A model generated the notes under the pieces. The model saw only the letters and a list, made by a program, of their open reading frames with translations, was not told where the DNA came from and made no database searches. A stretch of DNA of 64,000 nucleotides. Source: Chiloscyllium plagiosum (taxonomy: Eukaryota). Positions 26,586-39,219 of the stretch are shown in pieces (within the stretch, counting starts at the first letter, position 1; the number at the start of each line of letters is the position of its first letter). The DNA lies in NCBI RefSeq assembly GCF_004010195.1, contig NC_057718.1:16708192-16772191 (forward strand), written 5' to 3'. The translations under genes were made by a program, and so were the position numbers.

Positions 26586-27929
26586 GTCATTATCCATTAT
26601 AAATGTTCGAGTCTCCAGCTCTCAGATCTAAAGGAACAGAGCTGGTGTCTGTGCTAGAGAAATGATCAGGCTGAGGAAAAATAATTGGTTTAATGAGGAC
26701 TTGGTCATCTGCAGTTACAAATTTTGTTTGCAATAGTGATGTGAGGGAGACCACTTTGATTCCTTGGGGCAGGAATCATTGTGGAATATTGTACAGCAGA
26801 TTGGTAGCTGTAGAAGTGTTACAGGGAATAAAAGGTACTTGCATATGAGCTTTCTCCCTAGGCATACACACAAAAGTAAGTTCAGTTTATGGGCAGATGA
26901 CAGAGGATTGGGATACAATGAAGTGACAAGAAATAGTTGTACATGTGGTTGACGCAATGAAAACAGAAAGAGCAGGTTCAATGGCAAAGTCAAGTAATTG
27001 AACCTGAATTACTTCAGGTTTGGAGAGTTTGAAGAGCTTATGTAGAGGGCGAGATGAGAAATGGAAAAAAGGTAATGAATTCAGAGAACAAATGGCATGA
27101 CAAGGTGAGATGGAGATTGAATTCAAAGAATGAAAGATTACGTGTTGCAGAGGTTGAGAGGGAATGTAGATGAAATATCCCGAAGTGAAACATGTAAGTA
27201 AGACAAATACATACTGATCAATATGAATCAGTGCATTAGAACTTACCTTCAGAATACATTAAAATGTTACATTTAGCACTGTTTTTACAATAGTTTTGGG
27301 CTTTATAGTTAAACAAGATTCTGAAGACATAAGACCTCACTATACTCTGTATCTGGGGATGCAGCCAAACAACATGCTATGTGGCAGGATGCCCTGATAT
27401 TTGCTCTGTGAATAAGCTTTAGTGAGTCTTCAAGTATAGTGCTGAAAATTCAATTGGGTGCGTCAAGTATTATCATTTTTGATTTTTAATCACTACATTT
27501 TTCCACTGTTTCAGCTTGCATTGTGTATACTGACATCAATTGAAAACAATCAAGGAACAAAAAAACTGCTGGCTTACAATATCCACCTAAATAAGCCCTA
27601 AAACAGATGTTCATTTCTTACATGTTCAACCTTTGTCACAGGGCCAAACTAATAGAGGCCCTCAACAGTTAATTGGAGAAGTAACAGTGGATCAATTTCT
27701 GAGAACTTCTATTCACAAAGAATGACTTTTCTCATGCTTACAATAGACTGCTTGTCATTCTTGGACAATGGCTAACCTAATATATCTGTGACAAGTAACA
27801 CATCCAAACAGACATCAAAGATTCCATGGAGCAAATACACCCAATGTCTCTGAATCTGTCTAGAACGTATTTAAATAGCAACATTTTAACACACCAACAT
27901 AGTCCTTGGCCAACATTTCTGATTTGAGC

Positions 27930-28402
27930 TTACTATAGATTCCAGCAAAACTCAGCACAAGCTGGAAGAACAACACCTCATTTTCCTTCTGAAACCAATA
28001 TCCAGTTGAATAATTTTAGTGCCTGAGCACCTTCTCCCATGTCCTCACTTCAACACCCAGACACCAGGCCTTACAGCATGGGCTGCTACTACAAGCAAAC
28101 CATTCTCAGCCACTAATGGTCCCTACTAAGTAGCTATTCATTCTCCCAGCCTGACCTTTACCCACTCCTTTGTCCATCCAACTGTTTTTCTCTCTCTCAG
28201 CTCCATCTCTTCCTATCATTTACTCCTTCCCCATCTCTACACCCCTTCTCTAGCAAAAATACCAACCTTTACCGAGCTAGAATCTGAAGAAGGGTCACTC
28301 GACCCGGACTGTTAATTCTGATTTCCCTCTACAAATGCTGCCAGACCTGCTGAGCTCAGCCAGCATTTTTTGATTTTGTTTTTGACTTTCAGCATCCATG
28401 GT
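27930..28402 (+). mobile_element. Penelope-like element 3' end with degenerate hammerhead
   Basis: aagctggaagaacaacacctcattttc (KLEEQHLIF, GIY-YIG C-terminus); ctgaaga-agggtc-actc-gaccc at 28284 with GAAAC mutated; tail atgctgccagacctgctgag. Confidence 0.75.
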
Positions 28403-28407
28403 TATAA

Positions 28408-29215
28408 AGTCATAGAGATGTACAGCATGGAAACAGACCTTTCAGTCCAACTCATCCATGCAAACCAGACATCCTAAATTAATCCAATCCCATTTGCCTG
28501 CATTTGGCCCACATGCCTTTAAACCCTTCCTATTTATGTACAGGTCGTTGTGCTATAATGTGCATTTCATTAACGCAAATTCGCTACAACACAATTGACA
28601 AATTAGGGACCACTTTCTGAAGCATGAAATTTTAAAGCGTATATTAGTTATAATGCGATTCTGGCCCCATTAGTTTAAGTGGTGCTGCTATTACGTGATT
28701 TTCTTATAACACGAGAATGGGACTACTGCATTTTAGCAGAACTGACTGTACCCATCCAGATGCCTTTAAAGTGTTCTAATTTTACTAGCCTCCATCACTT
28801 CCTCTAGCAGCTCATTCCATATCCGCACCATCCTCTGCGTGAAAAAGTTGCCCCTTAGTTCCCTTATAAATCTTTCCCTCTCACCTTAAACTTATGACCT
28901 ATAGTTCTGGACTTCCCACAAAGGGGAAAAGACCTTGGCTATTAACCATCTCCATGCCCCGTATAATCTTATAAATTTCTATTTGGTCACCCCTCAGTCT
29001 ATGATGTTCCAGGGAAAATAGCCCCAGTCTACTTAGCCTTTCCTTATTGCTCAAACCCTCCAAACCTGGCAACATCCTACATCTTTTCTGAACTCTTTCA
29101 AGTTTCACAATATTCTTTGAATAGCAGAACTGAATGCAGTATTTCAAAAGTAGCCTAACCAATGTCCTGTACAGTCGCAACATGACCTCCCAACTCCTAT
29201 ACTCAATACACTAAG
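28408..29215 (-). mobile_element. CR1 (HER1-like) 3' portion, interrupted by a MITE
   Basis: ORF 28899-29183(-) LRLYRTLVR...KLERVQKR...RLGLFSLE..RLRGD; tail gtcatagagatgtacagcatgg on the plus strand. Confidence 0.88.
28541..28748. mobile_element. Tc1/mariner (Tigger-like) MITE inside CR1
   Basis: TA at 28539-28540 and 28749-28750; imperfect 20-bp TIRs CAGGTCGTTGTGCTATAATG / CATTTTAGCAGAACTGACTG; CR1 sequence is continuous when it is removed. Confidence 0.8.
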
Positions 29216-29619
29216 TTCTTTGACTTTTTAATTCAAATACATGGTAACCAGTCTGCAGTTAGTTACATTGATAAATATACATGTAGTTCTACACCATAAA
29301 ATGGGGAATTCAATATGAAAGTGAAGATGAGCATGAGCCACAGTGCCAATTAAAACTGCTTTAAAATATACTGAAATAAATAAAAGGAAAAAAACCCTAA
29401 AAATCCCAATGAAATGTTCCCCCAAATGTCCCATAGGCTCGCATTAAACAGATAATACTGTTTGATTGTGTACACAGATGCAGCTTATAGTGAAGTCTTA
29501 AATGGCTAAAAACTTAGTTAGAAAACCCAGGCCCATTTTTAAACAACTTAATGCATTTTAAATGGACAATGTACAAGACGTAATGATATTGAACAACATG
29601 ATATCTAGTCCGTGGTACT

Positions 29620-29817
29620 TGTGATGTGGAGATGCTGGTGTTAGACTGGGGTGTACAAAGTTAAAAATCACACACCAAGTTTAGTCCAACAAATTTATTT
29701 GGAAACACTAGCTTTCGGAGTGTTTGTCAACCACCTGCTAAAGGAGCAGCACTCTGACAGCTAGTGCTTCCAAATAAACCTATTGGACTATAACTTGGTA
29801 TTGTGTGATTTTTAACA
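29620..29817. mobile_element. Penelope-derived fold-back mini-element
   Basis: Inverted arms of about 65 nt, gttaaaaatcacac...ctagctttcggagtg / cactctgacagctag...gtgtgatttttaac; flanking repeat tggtact at 29613-29619 and 29818-29824; decayed hammerhead at about 29734-29766. Confidence 0.75.
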
Positions 29818-29872
29818 TGGTACTATGGACATTCAATGAACTAACTTTAACCATCCAAGGAATATTTTAGAG

Positions 29873-30347
29873 TATGGTAGATTGTGATGTATAAGTTGAT
29901 CTGGCATATAAAATAACCCCATTTATTTCACAGCAAAAATTATACTTTTGCATATACTTGGTTTATAAGCCAACACTTCTTTTCAACTATGAAATGCTAT
30001 ACTCATTTATAACTAACCTCAAGTTTTCATGACATTTACTTTTATCTGTTGCCGGTGAGATCAAGTAAGCAATATGAACTGCTGTGAAAAAGGTGTGCAT
30101 GAGTTTAAGACAGGCCCACACAAAACAGACTGTGTATAGAACGGTGACAAATAGAAATGGGTCCTACAGAAAAAGAAGTGAAGTACAAAGCTGCTTCCAA
30201 ACAAAAGGTTGTAACATCTTCTACTTCATCAAGTAATTGTGCTGCAGGGAAAGAATTTTGAGTTATTGCAAGAAAAAACTGATGCAGGTATGTTAACAGA
30301 AGAATTTCATCCTGAAGAAGGTGCCCAACACTGAATGTGCCATCAGA
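29873..30347 (+). mobile_element. pogo/Tc2-type DNA transposon left end with decayed N-terminal DNA-binding domain
   Basis: Subterminal gtataag repeats; from ATG 30157, MGPTEKEVKYKAASKQKVVTSSTSSSNCAAGKEF* then, frameshifted, KLMQVC*QKNFILKKVPNTECAIR, like Brinker-type HTH domains of pogo transposases (Y.A.FK.KV...A....NCAA.R.F...EKLVR.W). Confidence 0.6.
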
Positions 30348-31050
30348 ATGAACATGAGAACTTGGAGTAAGGGTAAGCAATTCAGCCCCTCAAGCCTGCT
30401 CTGCCATTTAATGCAATCATGGCTGATGTCATCTGAGCCTCAACTCTACTTTCCTGCCCATTCCCTATATCCTTTAGCCCATTATTAATTAAAAATCTAT
30501 TTCCTCCTGAAATTTATTTAGTGTCCATGTGTCGACCATACTCTGGGATAATGAATTCCACAGATTTGTAACCCTTTGAGGAAAAGTAATTCCTCATTAC
30601 TGTTTTAAGTCTGCCAACCACTTAACCTAAAATTATGACTCATTCCAGATTGCCCTGCAAGGGGAAATATTTGCTCTACATTTACTTGGTCAATCCTCTT
30701 TCGTAACTTATATATCTCAATTAAATCTGTTCTCATTCTTCTAAACTCTAGTGAGTGTAGGCCTAAACTACTCAATTACTCCACAGAAGACAAGCTTTTT
30801 ATCTTGGAATCAATTAATCTAGTGAACCTTCTCTGAACTGCGTCCAAAACATTTGCATCCTTCATCCAGTAAGGGGACAAAAAACTGTATGCAGTACTTC
30901 AGATGTATTCTCACTAATGCCTTGTACTGTTGCAACAATATTTCCCAAGTTTTATACTTTATTTCTTCAGCAATAAATGACAAAATTCAAATTTTCTTCC
31001 TTATTAGCTTGCTGTACTTGCATACTAACTTTCTGAATTTCTTGTTCCGA
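30348..31050 (-). mobile_element. Old CR1 3' portion
   Basis: Reverse complement of the CR1 3' UTR (gaacatgagaacttggagtaagg...) and ORF2 end. Confidence 0.7.
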
Positions 31051-31064
31051 TGATGTTAAATTTG

Positions 31065-31465
31065 ATAAGGGGACCTCCGAAATGTCCAACTCCTTCCTCA
31101 GTTAAGGATTCCCTGGCACAGTAGTAGACAGGGCCCTCAGCTGGGTCCAACTGATCTCTCACACTTCACCCCCCTCTCGTCCCTTTCATAACAGCGATAG
31201 GGTCCCCCTTGTCCTCAATTGCAATTCTATTTCATATCCACATCTCGAGGATCATTAGCTGCCATTTCTGCCACCTACAGAAGGATGCCACCATCCAGTA
31301 GGATTCCCCTCCCCTCCCTTGTAGCCTTCCACAGGGACTATTCCCTACGGGATAGCCTGGTCCACTCCTCTTTCACTCCCAACATAATTCCACAGCCTCA
31401 TGGCACCTTCCATTGCAACCACAGAAGGTGTACCACCTACCCATTTACTTCCTCCCTCCTCAATA
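31065..31465 (+). mobile_element. Penelope-like element internal fragment (RT-endonuclease linker)
   Basis: ORF 31219-31599 LVAFHRDYSLRDSLVHSS...GTFHCNHRRCTTYP, the Cys-containing linker typical of Neptune-type PLEs. Confidence 0.75.
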
Positions 31466-33789
31466 TGTATTGTAATGGGTTCTTGAAAATTGTCAGAATA
31501 GTAGCATTGTTAGCAGAAATGCAAAACTTCTATATGAATATGAGTGCACCAAATCAAACCCCATGTCCAACAGAAGATTTCAGATCAATACCTAGATGAT
31601 TATGGAATTAAACAGTCTAATATTGGCTGAAAATCAAGACAGCTCAGAGAATACTGAAAGAACGTAATGCCAAAATTACCAGTTTCCAGTGAGTCATCAT
31701 CAGGCAACAGCAAAACAGAAGTAACTATTAAATCATAGCAGCAATGTGGATGAATTTCTATATCTCCAGCAGCCATTCTATGGAATGGAAAGGTTTGAAG
31801 ATAGCTTCTTAAAAATGACAGGACATGAGAAGATAAGATTCATTCTTACTTTTGTTCCATCAACCTGAATGGTTGATGGAACAAAATTTAAGTCTATGGC
31901 AATTTTCAAATATAAAACCATGCTGAACATCAGGTTTGGCACATATCCCATGAACGATGGATAAAGGTGGGACTAAGTTAATGGATAATAATGTGTGGTA
32001 AAGGCATCCCAATAGCCTACACAAAAAATGCAGCTCATTAATCGGAGACATATTCAATCCCAAATGACTGATAGGATCAAGAGTGTCTAAAAGAGTAAAC
32101 AGTTATACCAAGTGGATCTAATATCTGTATTACAAACAGTGGATGCATGTCTTACCAAACCATTCAAGGGTCGCATTTGCATCTAATGGAATAGATGGGT
32201 GGTTTAAGGGAAAACAAATCCTTCATAAAGAATGAAATATTCATGCCACTCTGTTTGATGCTTTGTGTAATTTCATTTTCAAATCAATGGATGTGATTGG
32301 TGCACCAAATGTCATCAGATAATTCAAAAAATGAAGAAAATCTAATTCAGTGGATGGAGACAACGATGATGATCCCGTGGAAGGTGCTTTGCTGAATTTC
32401 TGCAATGCATCTTGTAGATGGTACACACTGTTGTTACTGATTATACCACACAAGAGATGAGAGAAAAGGGGGAGGGGGGTTGGAGTGAAGGAAGGGAGTG
32501 CAGAGTGGGGGAAAGAGAATGTGGATTCAGAGTGGAGTACAGTAATATGGTGGGGAGTGGGGAAACCCAGAGTTAATGAAGGAATGGAGGGGGTCTGTTT
32601 CTCAGAGTACAGCGGGACCAGATCCAGCAGCAAAGGATGGACTGTTGTTTCTGGGGGAGGGCAGGAAAGGTACTGGGATGCTGGGTCCTTGGAGGACCCA
32701 GCGGTGTCAGGTAATGTAAACAGTCTGGTCAATGTATAGTCGGGGGTCTGAGATACAAGTACATGGTCAGTTGGATAGCTATTCAGGAGTTAAGTTATGT
32801 ACTTACAGTCCAAATTTTCCTGAGTAAGTACTGGCTTAATTTCTTTGGAACCCTCCAAATTCTCTAATTTAAAGGCACACTTTCACAAGGTTCCAGGCAT
32901 AGGGAAATTATCCAGTGGAATATTCAATTTCCAATGCAATTGTATCAGAGTCTGCTGCAAGAAAAATTCAGCAGGGTCCCATAGCAATTCCCATCTATAC
33001 TGGAATAACTGTTTGCCCGTTGGAAAATCTGGGCCATTAAAAAAAAATTACCAGGGTGTTTTTCTCATGTTTCCAAACAGCCATCATCCATAGCAGCATT
33101 TATATACTCAGTGTATCTGTCAACTCCCATTTTTAGTCAAATTTTGAGAGACTTCAAAAGTGAGAGGTACACCATAATCTACAGTACTTCAAGAAAATAA
33201 AATAAATAAATGTACACAATATTTCACAAACATGCAAACAAAATCAATAACCAAAACTTTTAGTAAAATTGCACTTTCTGATCTGTAATTTTTTTTTCAA
33301 GTGTTAATTACTCTTTTAGTGTTTGTTTAATGATGAGTACAGTCATCAGCTATTTAAAAACCAGTATATTTTATCTCCAACAATTAAACATTTGGATGAA
33401 TTTGCAATTAGTAACGAAGCAGCTATGTTCATGTTAACTTCAGCGAAAGCTGCCTTTGCAGCATCTGTGACTTTGATTTTCCTTTTCCTATCTTAAAAAC
33501 ATGCATAATAGAAATAGAGGTATGCCATTTGGCCCTTAAGCCTGCTCTGATATTCAATAAGACCACAGATAATCTGTTTGTGTCTTGAATTCCACATTAC
33601 CTTCTATGTCCAACAACATTTGCTAAGTCAAATATTCAGAAATAGCACAGTCACTTCAGCAGCCAGTCATATTGAAAAATTATAGGAGCACATTACTGCA
33701 GATGCTGAAACAAGAAATGCTGGAGATCAGAGCAGGTCAGACAGCATCCATGGGGAGAGCACAATCTAACGTTTTGGGTCTAGATGACT

Positions 33790-34375
33790 TGTAGCTCGGG
33801 TGCTCGTTGCTGTGGTTCTGTTTGCCGAGCTGGAAGTTTTTGTTGCAAACGTTTCGTCCCCGGGCTAGGCGACATCATCAGTGCTTGGGAGCCTCCTGCG
33901 AGGCGCTTCTTTGATGTTTCCTCCGGTGTTTATAGTGGTCTGTCCCTGCCGCTTCCGGTTGAAGACAGGAAGGCAGCTAACAATCCGCATACATGAACAT
34001 CAACTAGCCACGAAACATCACGACCAGCTATCCTTAGTAGCCACACACGCAGACAACAAGCAACATGAATTCGACTGGGACAACACTACTATCATAGGGC
34101 AAGCTAGACAGAGAACAGCCAGGGAATTCCTAGAGGCATGGCATTCATCCACAAACTCCATCAACAAACACATCGACCTGGACCCAATATACCAACCACT
34201 ACAGCGGACAGCTGAAACTGACAACCGGAAGCGAAAGGGACAGACCACTATAAACACTGGAGCAAACATCAAAGAAACGCTTCACAGGAAGCTCCCAAGC
34301 ACTGATGATGTCGTCTAGCCAGGGGACAAAACGTTTGCAACAAAAACTTCCAGCTCGGCGAACAGAACCACAGCA
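33790..34375 (+). mobile_element. Penelope-like element (Poseidon-type), young, with 154-bp inverted arms and 11-bp TSD
   Basis: TSD tctagatgact at 33779-33789 and 34376-34386; arms 33808-33961 and 34222-34375; peptide TGRQLTIRIHEHQLAT...HEFDWDNTTIIGQARQRTAREFLEAWHS (GIY-YIG C-terminal half). Confidence 0.92.
33845..33884 (-). ncRNA. Minimal type I hammerhead ribozyme motif, core intact
   Basis: Minus strand GCA-CUGAUGA-U-GUCGCC-UAGCCC-GGGGAC-GAAAC-GUU-UGC: stem I GCA/UGC, stem II with one G-G mismatch, palindromic ACGU stem III, GUU cleavage triplet. Confidence 0.75.
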
Positions 34376-36579
34376 TCTAGATGACTCTTCATCGAACCTG
34401 AAGTGAAGAGTGGAGGTGAGAGCATTTATGCTATAGTTGGGGGGTATGTGGGGGTGGTGGGGTGGAGAGTGCTGGTGGAGAAAAGATGTTCATAGTTCAG
34501 ATTAAGTTATTGGAATGTGAGAATGGTAGAACAATGGTTGAAAGACTTGAAAGAGCAGACAGTCCCGCTGGGGTGGGGGGGGGGGAGGGGAGAGAGGACA
34601 TGGCGACAGAGAATGTAACAAGTAAAGTTAAAAGAAAGGGACGAAATGGGAGTTGGTTCGCAATTTGAAGGTATTGAACTCAATATTAAATCCAGAAGGC
34701 AGTAAAGTGTGAAGCAGCATTTCACCTGTACCTCTTCCAATCTTGTGTATTGTATTTGCTGCGCCCAATGTGGCCTACTCTGTATTGGAGAAACCAAATG
34801 CAGATTGGGTGATTGCTTTGCAGGACACCTCCAGTCTGTGCCCAAGCATGACCCCGACCTTCCCATAGCCAGTCATTTTAACACAGCATCCTGCTCGCAT
34901 GCCCACTTGTCTGTCCTTGGAATGCTGCAGTGCTCCAGTGAATCCACAGTGCAAACTGGAGGTACAACACCTCATCTTCAGAGTAAGTACTCTCGAGCTT
35001 TCTGGACTTAATACTGGGTTCAACACCTTTAAATTGTGAACCAACTCCCATTTCTTTACTTTCTTTTAGCTTTAGTTATTATATTTTCCCATTTCTTCCC
35101 TTTTAGCTTTACTTGTTACATTCTGTGTCACCATGTCCTCTCCCCCCCCCCCCCCCCCCTCCACCCCAGTGGGACTGTCTGTCCTTTTTAATCAGGCAGT
35201 TAGATACACTGTTGTTCTTCCATTCTCACATTCCGGTCACTTAATCTGATCAATATCTTTTCTCCACCAGCACTGTACACCCCAGCACCCCCACATCCTC
35301 CTCGAACTACAGCATAAATGCTGACCCCTCCATAATTCATTTCAGTCCTGAAGAAGAGTCATCTAAACTTGAAACATTAGAATGTTGTCTTTCCATGGAT
35401 GCGGTCTGACCCATTGTGATTTCCAGTATTTGTTGTTGTTATACTGAAACATTATCACAGATAGCAAATTGGGAAGCTGAAAAAGTCAGACAATTTCTAT
35501 AATTGTAATCCTTAATTTTTTAAAATATTTGGTGAAATAAATGATTGGACCATATATATATGGTGTAAGATAGAAACTAAAATATCATGTGCAAACTGAT
35601 ATATTTAAAATTGTATTTCTTATAATAAGCATTTAACATTCAATAAATGTAACATTACTCTTTCAGGACATGTGAAGCTGCTTAGTAGTAACTATGTACT
35701 TAGCTTGCTAATAAAAAGTTATATCTCAAAAGTGATGCAATTTTTTCAAGGGTTTTTGTGGTAAGACTAACAAGTATATGATTGGATTTTCTAAATGATA
35801 AAATGATCTTTGAATTAATACAATCTGGGGGACTGCAATAACACACTTTCTGGAGAAACGTAGGATCACCAACAATTTCAGTAATTCCCCACTTAACTGT
35901 GCATTTGCAGACTCCAGAATTTGCTGTCAGTTCAGAAGACTAATGATGATGAACACTGAATGTTTCACTGTCATTTTGCACCCAAAACCTGGAAGATTAC
36001 TTTTGGAAGAAATCAAAAGCTTACATTCAGCTCTTGTTAATGTAGTAATTCCAGAAAAAAAAACATTTTCTGGAGCACCAATCAGAATCCTCACCTCTCA
36101 ATGTAATATTATGATGGTCAAATTAGAACACCACTGTAGAGGTAGTATTGTTATACTGACCAAATTACAGCACTAAAAAACTTATAATACAGTTAGATTG
36201 GCTAATTGCAGTAATATTAAAACCCTACTGCTTCTAGTTTTATAGTTTGTTAAACTGACCAAGTTAAATGCAGTTAGAAGTTTGTATATGTCACAGTAGT
36301 TTTCTTAAACCATCACTTTTATACTTTAGCGTGGCTGCTTATATGTTACCATTTGAAGAGTGATCAATGGCTCATGGCACAGAGTGAGGCGCTGAAAGGA
36401 AAATGAGTAGTTAGGCTGCAGGTAACCATTTTCCTTCAAGCAGCCTTTCTTCTATCAACTATGTTGCTACAATTTGCAGTTGCGACTATATTGGTAAGTA
36501 TTTCAACTTGTGCAGAATCGAACTATTATGAACTAACAAAATCATAGGTTTTATGCAGTGGATATTTGCCAGAATAGTT

Positions 36580-36965
36580 CCACGGTGAGGGATGGTTAGG
36601 TTGAAGATGTTAGGGGTCGTTCTCCTTCAAAAAAAGAAAGAGGTTAATTAGCTTGTGCAAAGTTTTGATTAAATAAACAAAGAAACACTGTTTCCATTAG
36701 TGATGTGACAGGCAGGAGTGGACACATTTCAAGTTTGGGATAAGAGATGCTGGAATGAAGCAGGGAAGAACTCTTGTCATGCAGAGAATGATCATGGCCT
36801 GAAATTCTCAACAATAAAGTGGTAGAAGCAGAGATGATTGATAAGTTCAAAAGGAAAAAAAATGAAAGAAATAAAGTTGCATGGATAGACCAGGAGAATG
36901 GAACTGTCTAGAGTACTTTCTGGAGTTCTGGTATTGATTTGATGGGCTGAAAGGGCCATGACACT
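36580..36965 (+). mobile_element. Old CR1 3' end
   Basis: Degenerate CR1 ORF2 end and 3' UTR (gatgggctgaaagggcc). Confidence 0.55.
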
Positions 36966-38629
36966 AATCTAATTTAGCTCATCTTAATTAAGGAGCTATA
37001 CTTATGTTCAATGAACATAAGCTAGGTCATCAGTTGGGATTCTCATTTTCTTATCACAATGCAGTAGCCATTTTTGAAGGAAACCATATGTGCAAGCATT
37101 GTGAAACATAATAATTCTCAAATTTGAGTTTTCATACAATCATTCATTGAGCAGCAGTGATTCTCCCAGTGTGCTATTACTTATTATGGTAATTCAGCTC
37201 AGGAATATTGGTGGGATATTAATGGCAGAGAATAGCTACCATGTTTGTCTACACAACTGTACATAGACATTTTCTGAGAAATAACACAATATAAGAATTT
37301 CTTTTGGGATGAAAAGTGGGGGCAGTGATGTTAGATGGGAAGGTCTATTCTGCAGGAATCCAGTCGCGAGAAAGTAAGTGATTTTATTTTCTCATAGTGG
37401 GGTGGGGGTTGGGGAAGAAGAGGTCAGGGAGGTCAAGAGCAAGGACATGGTTCGGCTTTCCAATTACATCACCTTGCACACCAACACCTAAGGCAGGTCA
37501 TCTTGATTTCCCAGTCAGCAAACAAGGCAATTAAGGGCCTTAATTGGAGATGGGTTGAGAAAGTCTTTGTGAACCTTCTCATCAAGAACTTAATAGGTGA
37601 GTATCTCACTAGGACCAACTCATCCAGTTATTTTCTCTTCTTACCACATCTCTCACCATCTCCAGGGCAGGGAAACATCATCTCAGGTATGTTTTCTCAG
37701 ACTGAGAGGAGTATTTCTGGTGGGTGGATCAACCTATCACGCAAACACTCAATAGTGTCAGTAGGGGCGCAAGAAAATGAAAAAAAGGGAGAAATTAGTT
37801 TATTTTGTATTATCATTTATATACCCACAATTTTCACTTTTTTTGCATAAACAATAAAAAGTCTTTGTTTTAATTTCTAGACAATGTAGAAATAACGATT
37901 TAAATGAATTTTATAATTTATCACCAAAAATGGAATCAGTATTATAGCTACAAGATAAAATTCAGACTCAAACACACAGCCAATCCCAATGAAGAGCAGC
38001 ACTGACGACATCATTTACCAGTTACAAATTAGTTGCTTCTTGCAATTAGACAATGATCCTTTTCTAATTGTTATGCCTCACTGGGGTAGCATGCTGAAAA
38101 TTAAGTCTTGCTATTTCCAGAATTGTTACACAAGTTAGATTTTTCAAAAGTTCTTGAATTTGTCTGCCTTTTAGACTCAGCTTGACAGAAAGCGTGGACC
38201 AGATTTCTGTACTTGACAGGAATTACCATTTATCACAAGGAAAGAAACTACAGTTACAAATAAACAATTATGAATCACTGGCATACCTCTACTAGTTAAA
38301 ACTCTAATCCACATTTAAACTTGTCTTCCCACCCCCTCCACACACACAAAAACACAGAAAGAAAAATGGTTGTTATGAACAGAGGTAAAACTGGGAAAGA
38401 AGTTCAATGGTCTCTGTTCACAGGATCTGCTTCACGGTCCTCCTTCTTCAGATGCTTTCTGGTTTGCAGATGCTTTTGAAAATGTATGGCTTATTAAAAG
38501 TCACAGCTACAGCAACTGCTAAGGCAAGTAAAACTGGTTTGCTTCAGGCTTAAAGTGTTTGTTATTGCAGAGAATAGAAATAGCTCCTGAGTTGGAGAAG
38601 ACTTGTGGGCTTCTCTCTATTTTGTTCAT

Positions 38630-38880
38630 TAGTGCCAGACCATTCAGGAGAAATGCTAGGAAGCACTTCTACTCTGAAAGGGTGGTAGATGTTTGGAACT
38701 CTCTTCCAGTGGATGCAGGGTCAATTGTTCATTTTAAATCTGAGATAGATAATTGTTTGCCAAGTAAAGGTATTAAGGGGTATGAGCCAAGATAGGTGTT
38801 AGGTCACAGATCAGCTATGATCTCTTTGAATGATGGTAAAGGCTGGAGGGGCTGAATGGCCTATTCCTGTTCCTACGTTT
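38630..38880 (+). mobile_element. CR1 3' end
   Basis: RPFRRNARKHFYSERVVDVWNSLP...FKSEID peptide; 3' UTR ggggctgaatggcctattcctgttcct. Confidence 0.8.
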
Positions 38881-39219
38881 GTTCAGAGCTGTTCAGCTAC
38901 CTGAAAACTAATTACATAGTTGTTGGCAGGCAGAAAGCCTTTGTCAGCGATAACTGGTCATTAGTCCACAGACCAATCAGGTCCTTGTATCTGGATGAAT
39001 CTCTTTTTTTATACACACCCGTCAGCTCTATCTTGTTGCAAATAATATTTCAACAACATTTGCTTGAACAAGGAGCTGTGTAAACAATGCCTACAATGAG
39101 TATCAGATGACTTGTTTTTAAAAATTGCAGTAGGCCTTCAGCAATCCTTAAAAAGAAGTTATTTTCCATTTCAGCCCTCAATTAAAAATACAGAAAAATA
39201 AAAAGACATATTCTTTACA

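Larger units (their letters stand above)
33690..35440 (+). mobile_element. Penelope-like element (Neptune-type GIY-YIG) with inverted terminal repeats, host of a nested PLE
   Basis: Central ORF 34709-35011 FTCTSSNLVYCICCAQCGLLCIGETKCRLGDCFAGHL (GIY-YIG). 33705-33789 plus 34387-34700 is a diverged reverse complement of about 34998-35437. Confidence 0.85.

Noticed and set aside
30105..30380. 91-aa minus-strand ORF as a host exon
   Set aside because: It is antisense to the pogo/Tc2 relic and shows no similarity to SDCCAG8.
32241..33035. 163-aa Pro/Ser/Leu-rich ORF and GC-rich block
   Set aside because: ORF composition follows from a purine-rich opposite strand; probably an old non-autonomous DNA element, but I could not pair its termini.
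34569..35170. G-run at about 34570-34590 and C-run at about 35140-35160 as G-quadruplex regulators
   Set aside because: They are mirror positions in the inverted arms of the host PLE, with no independent evidence of function.
38069..39208. Possible solo LTR (TG...CA) interrupted by a CR1 end
   Set aside because: Composition is LTR-like, but there is no matching TSD, partner LTR or gag/pol sequence, so it cannot be supported.
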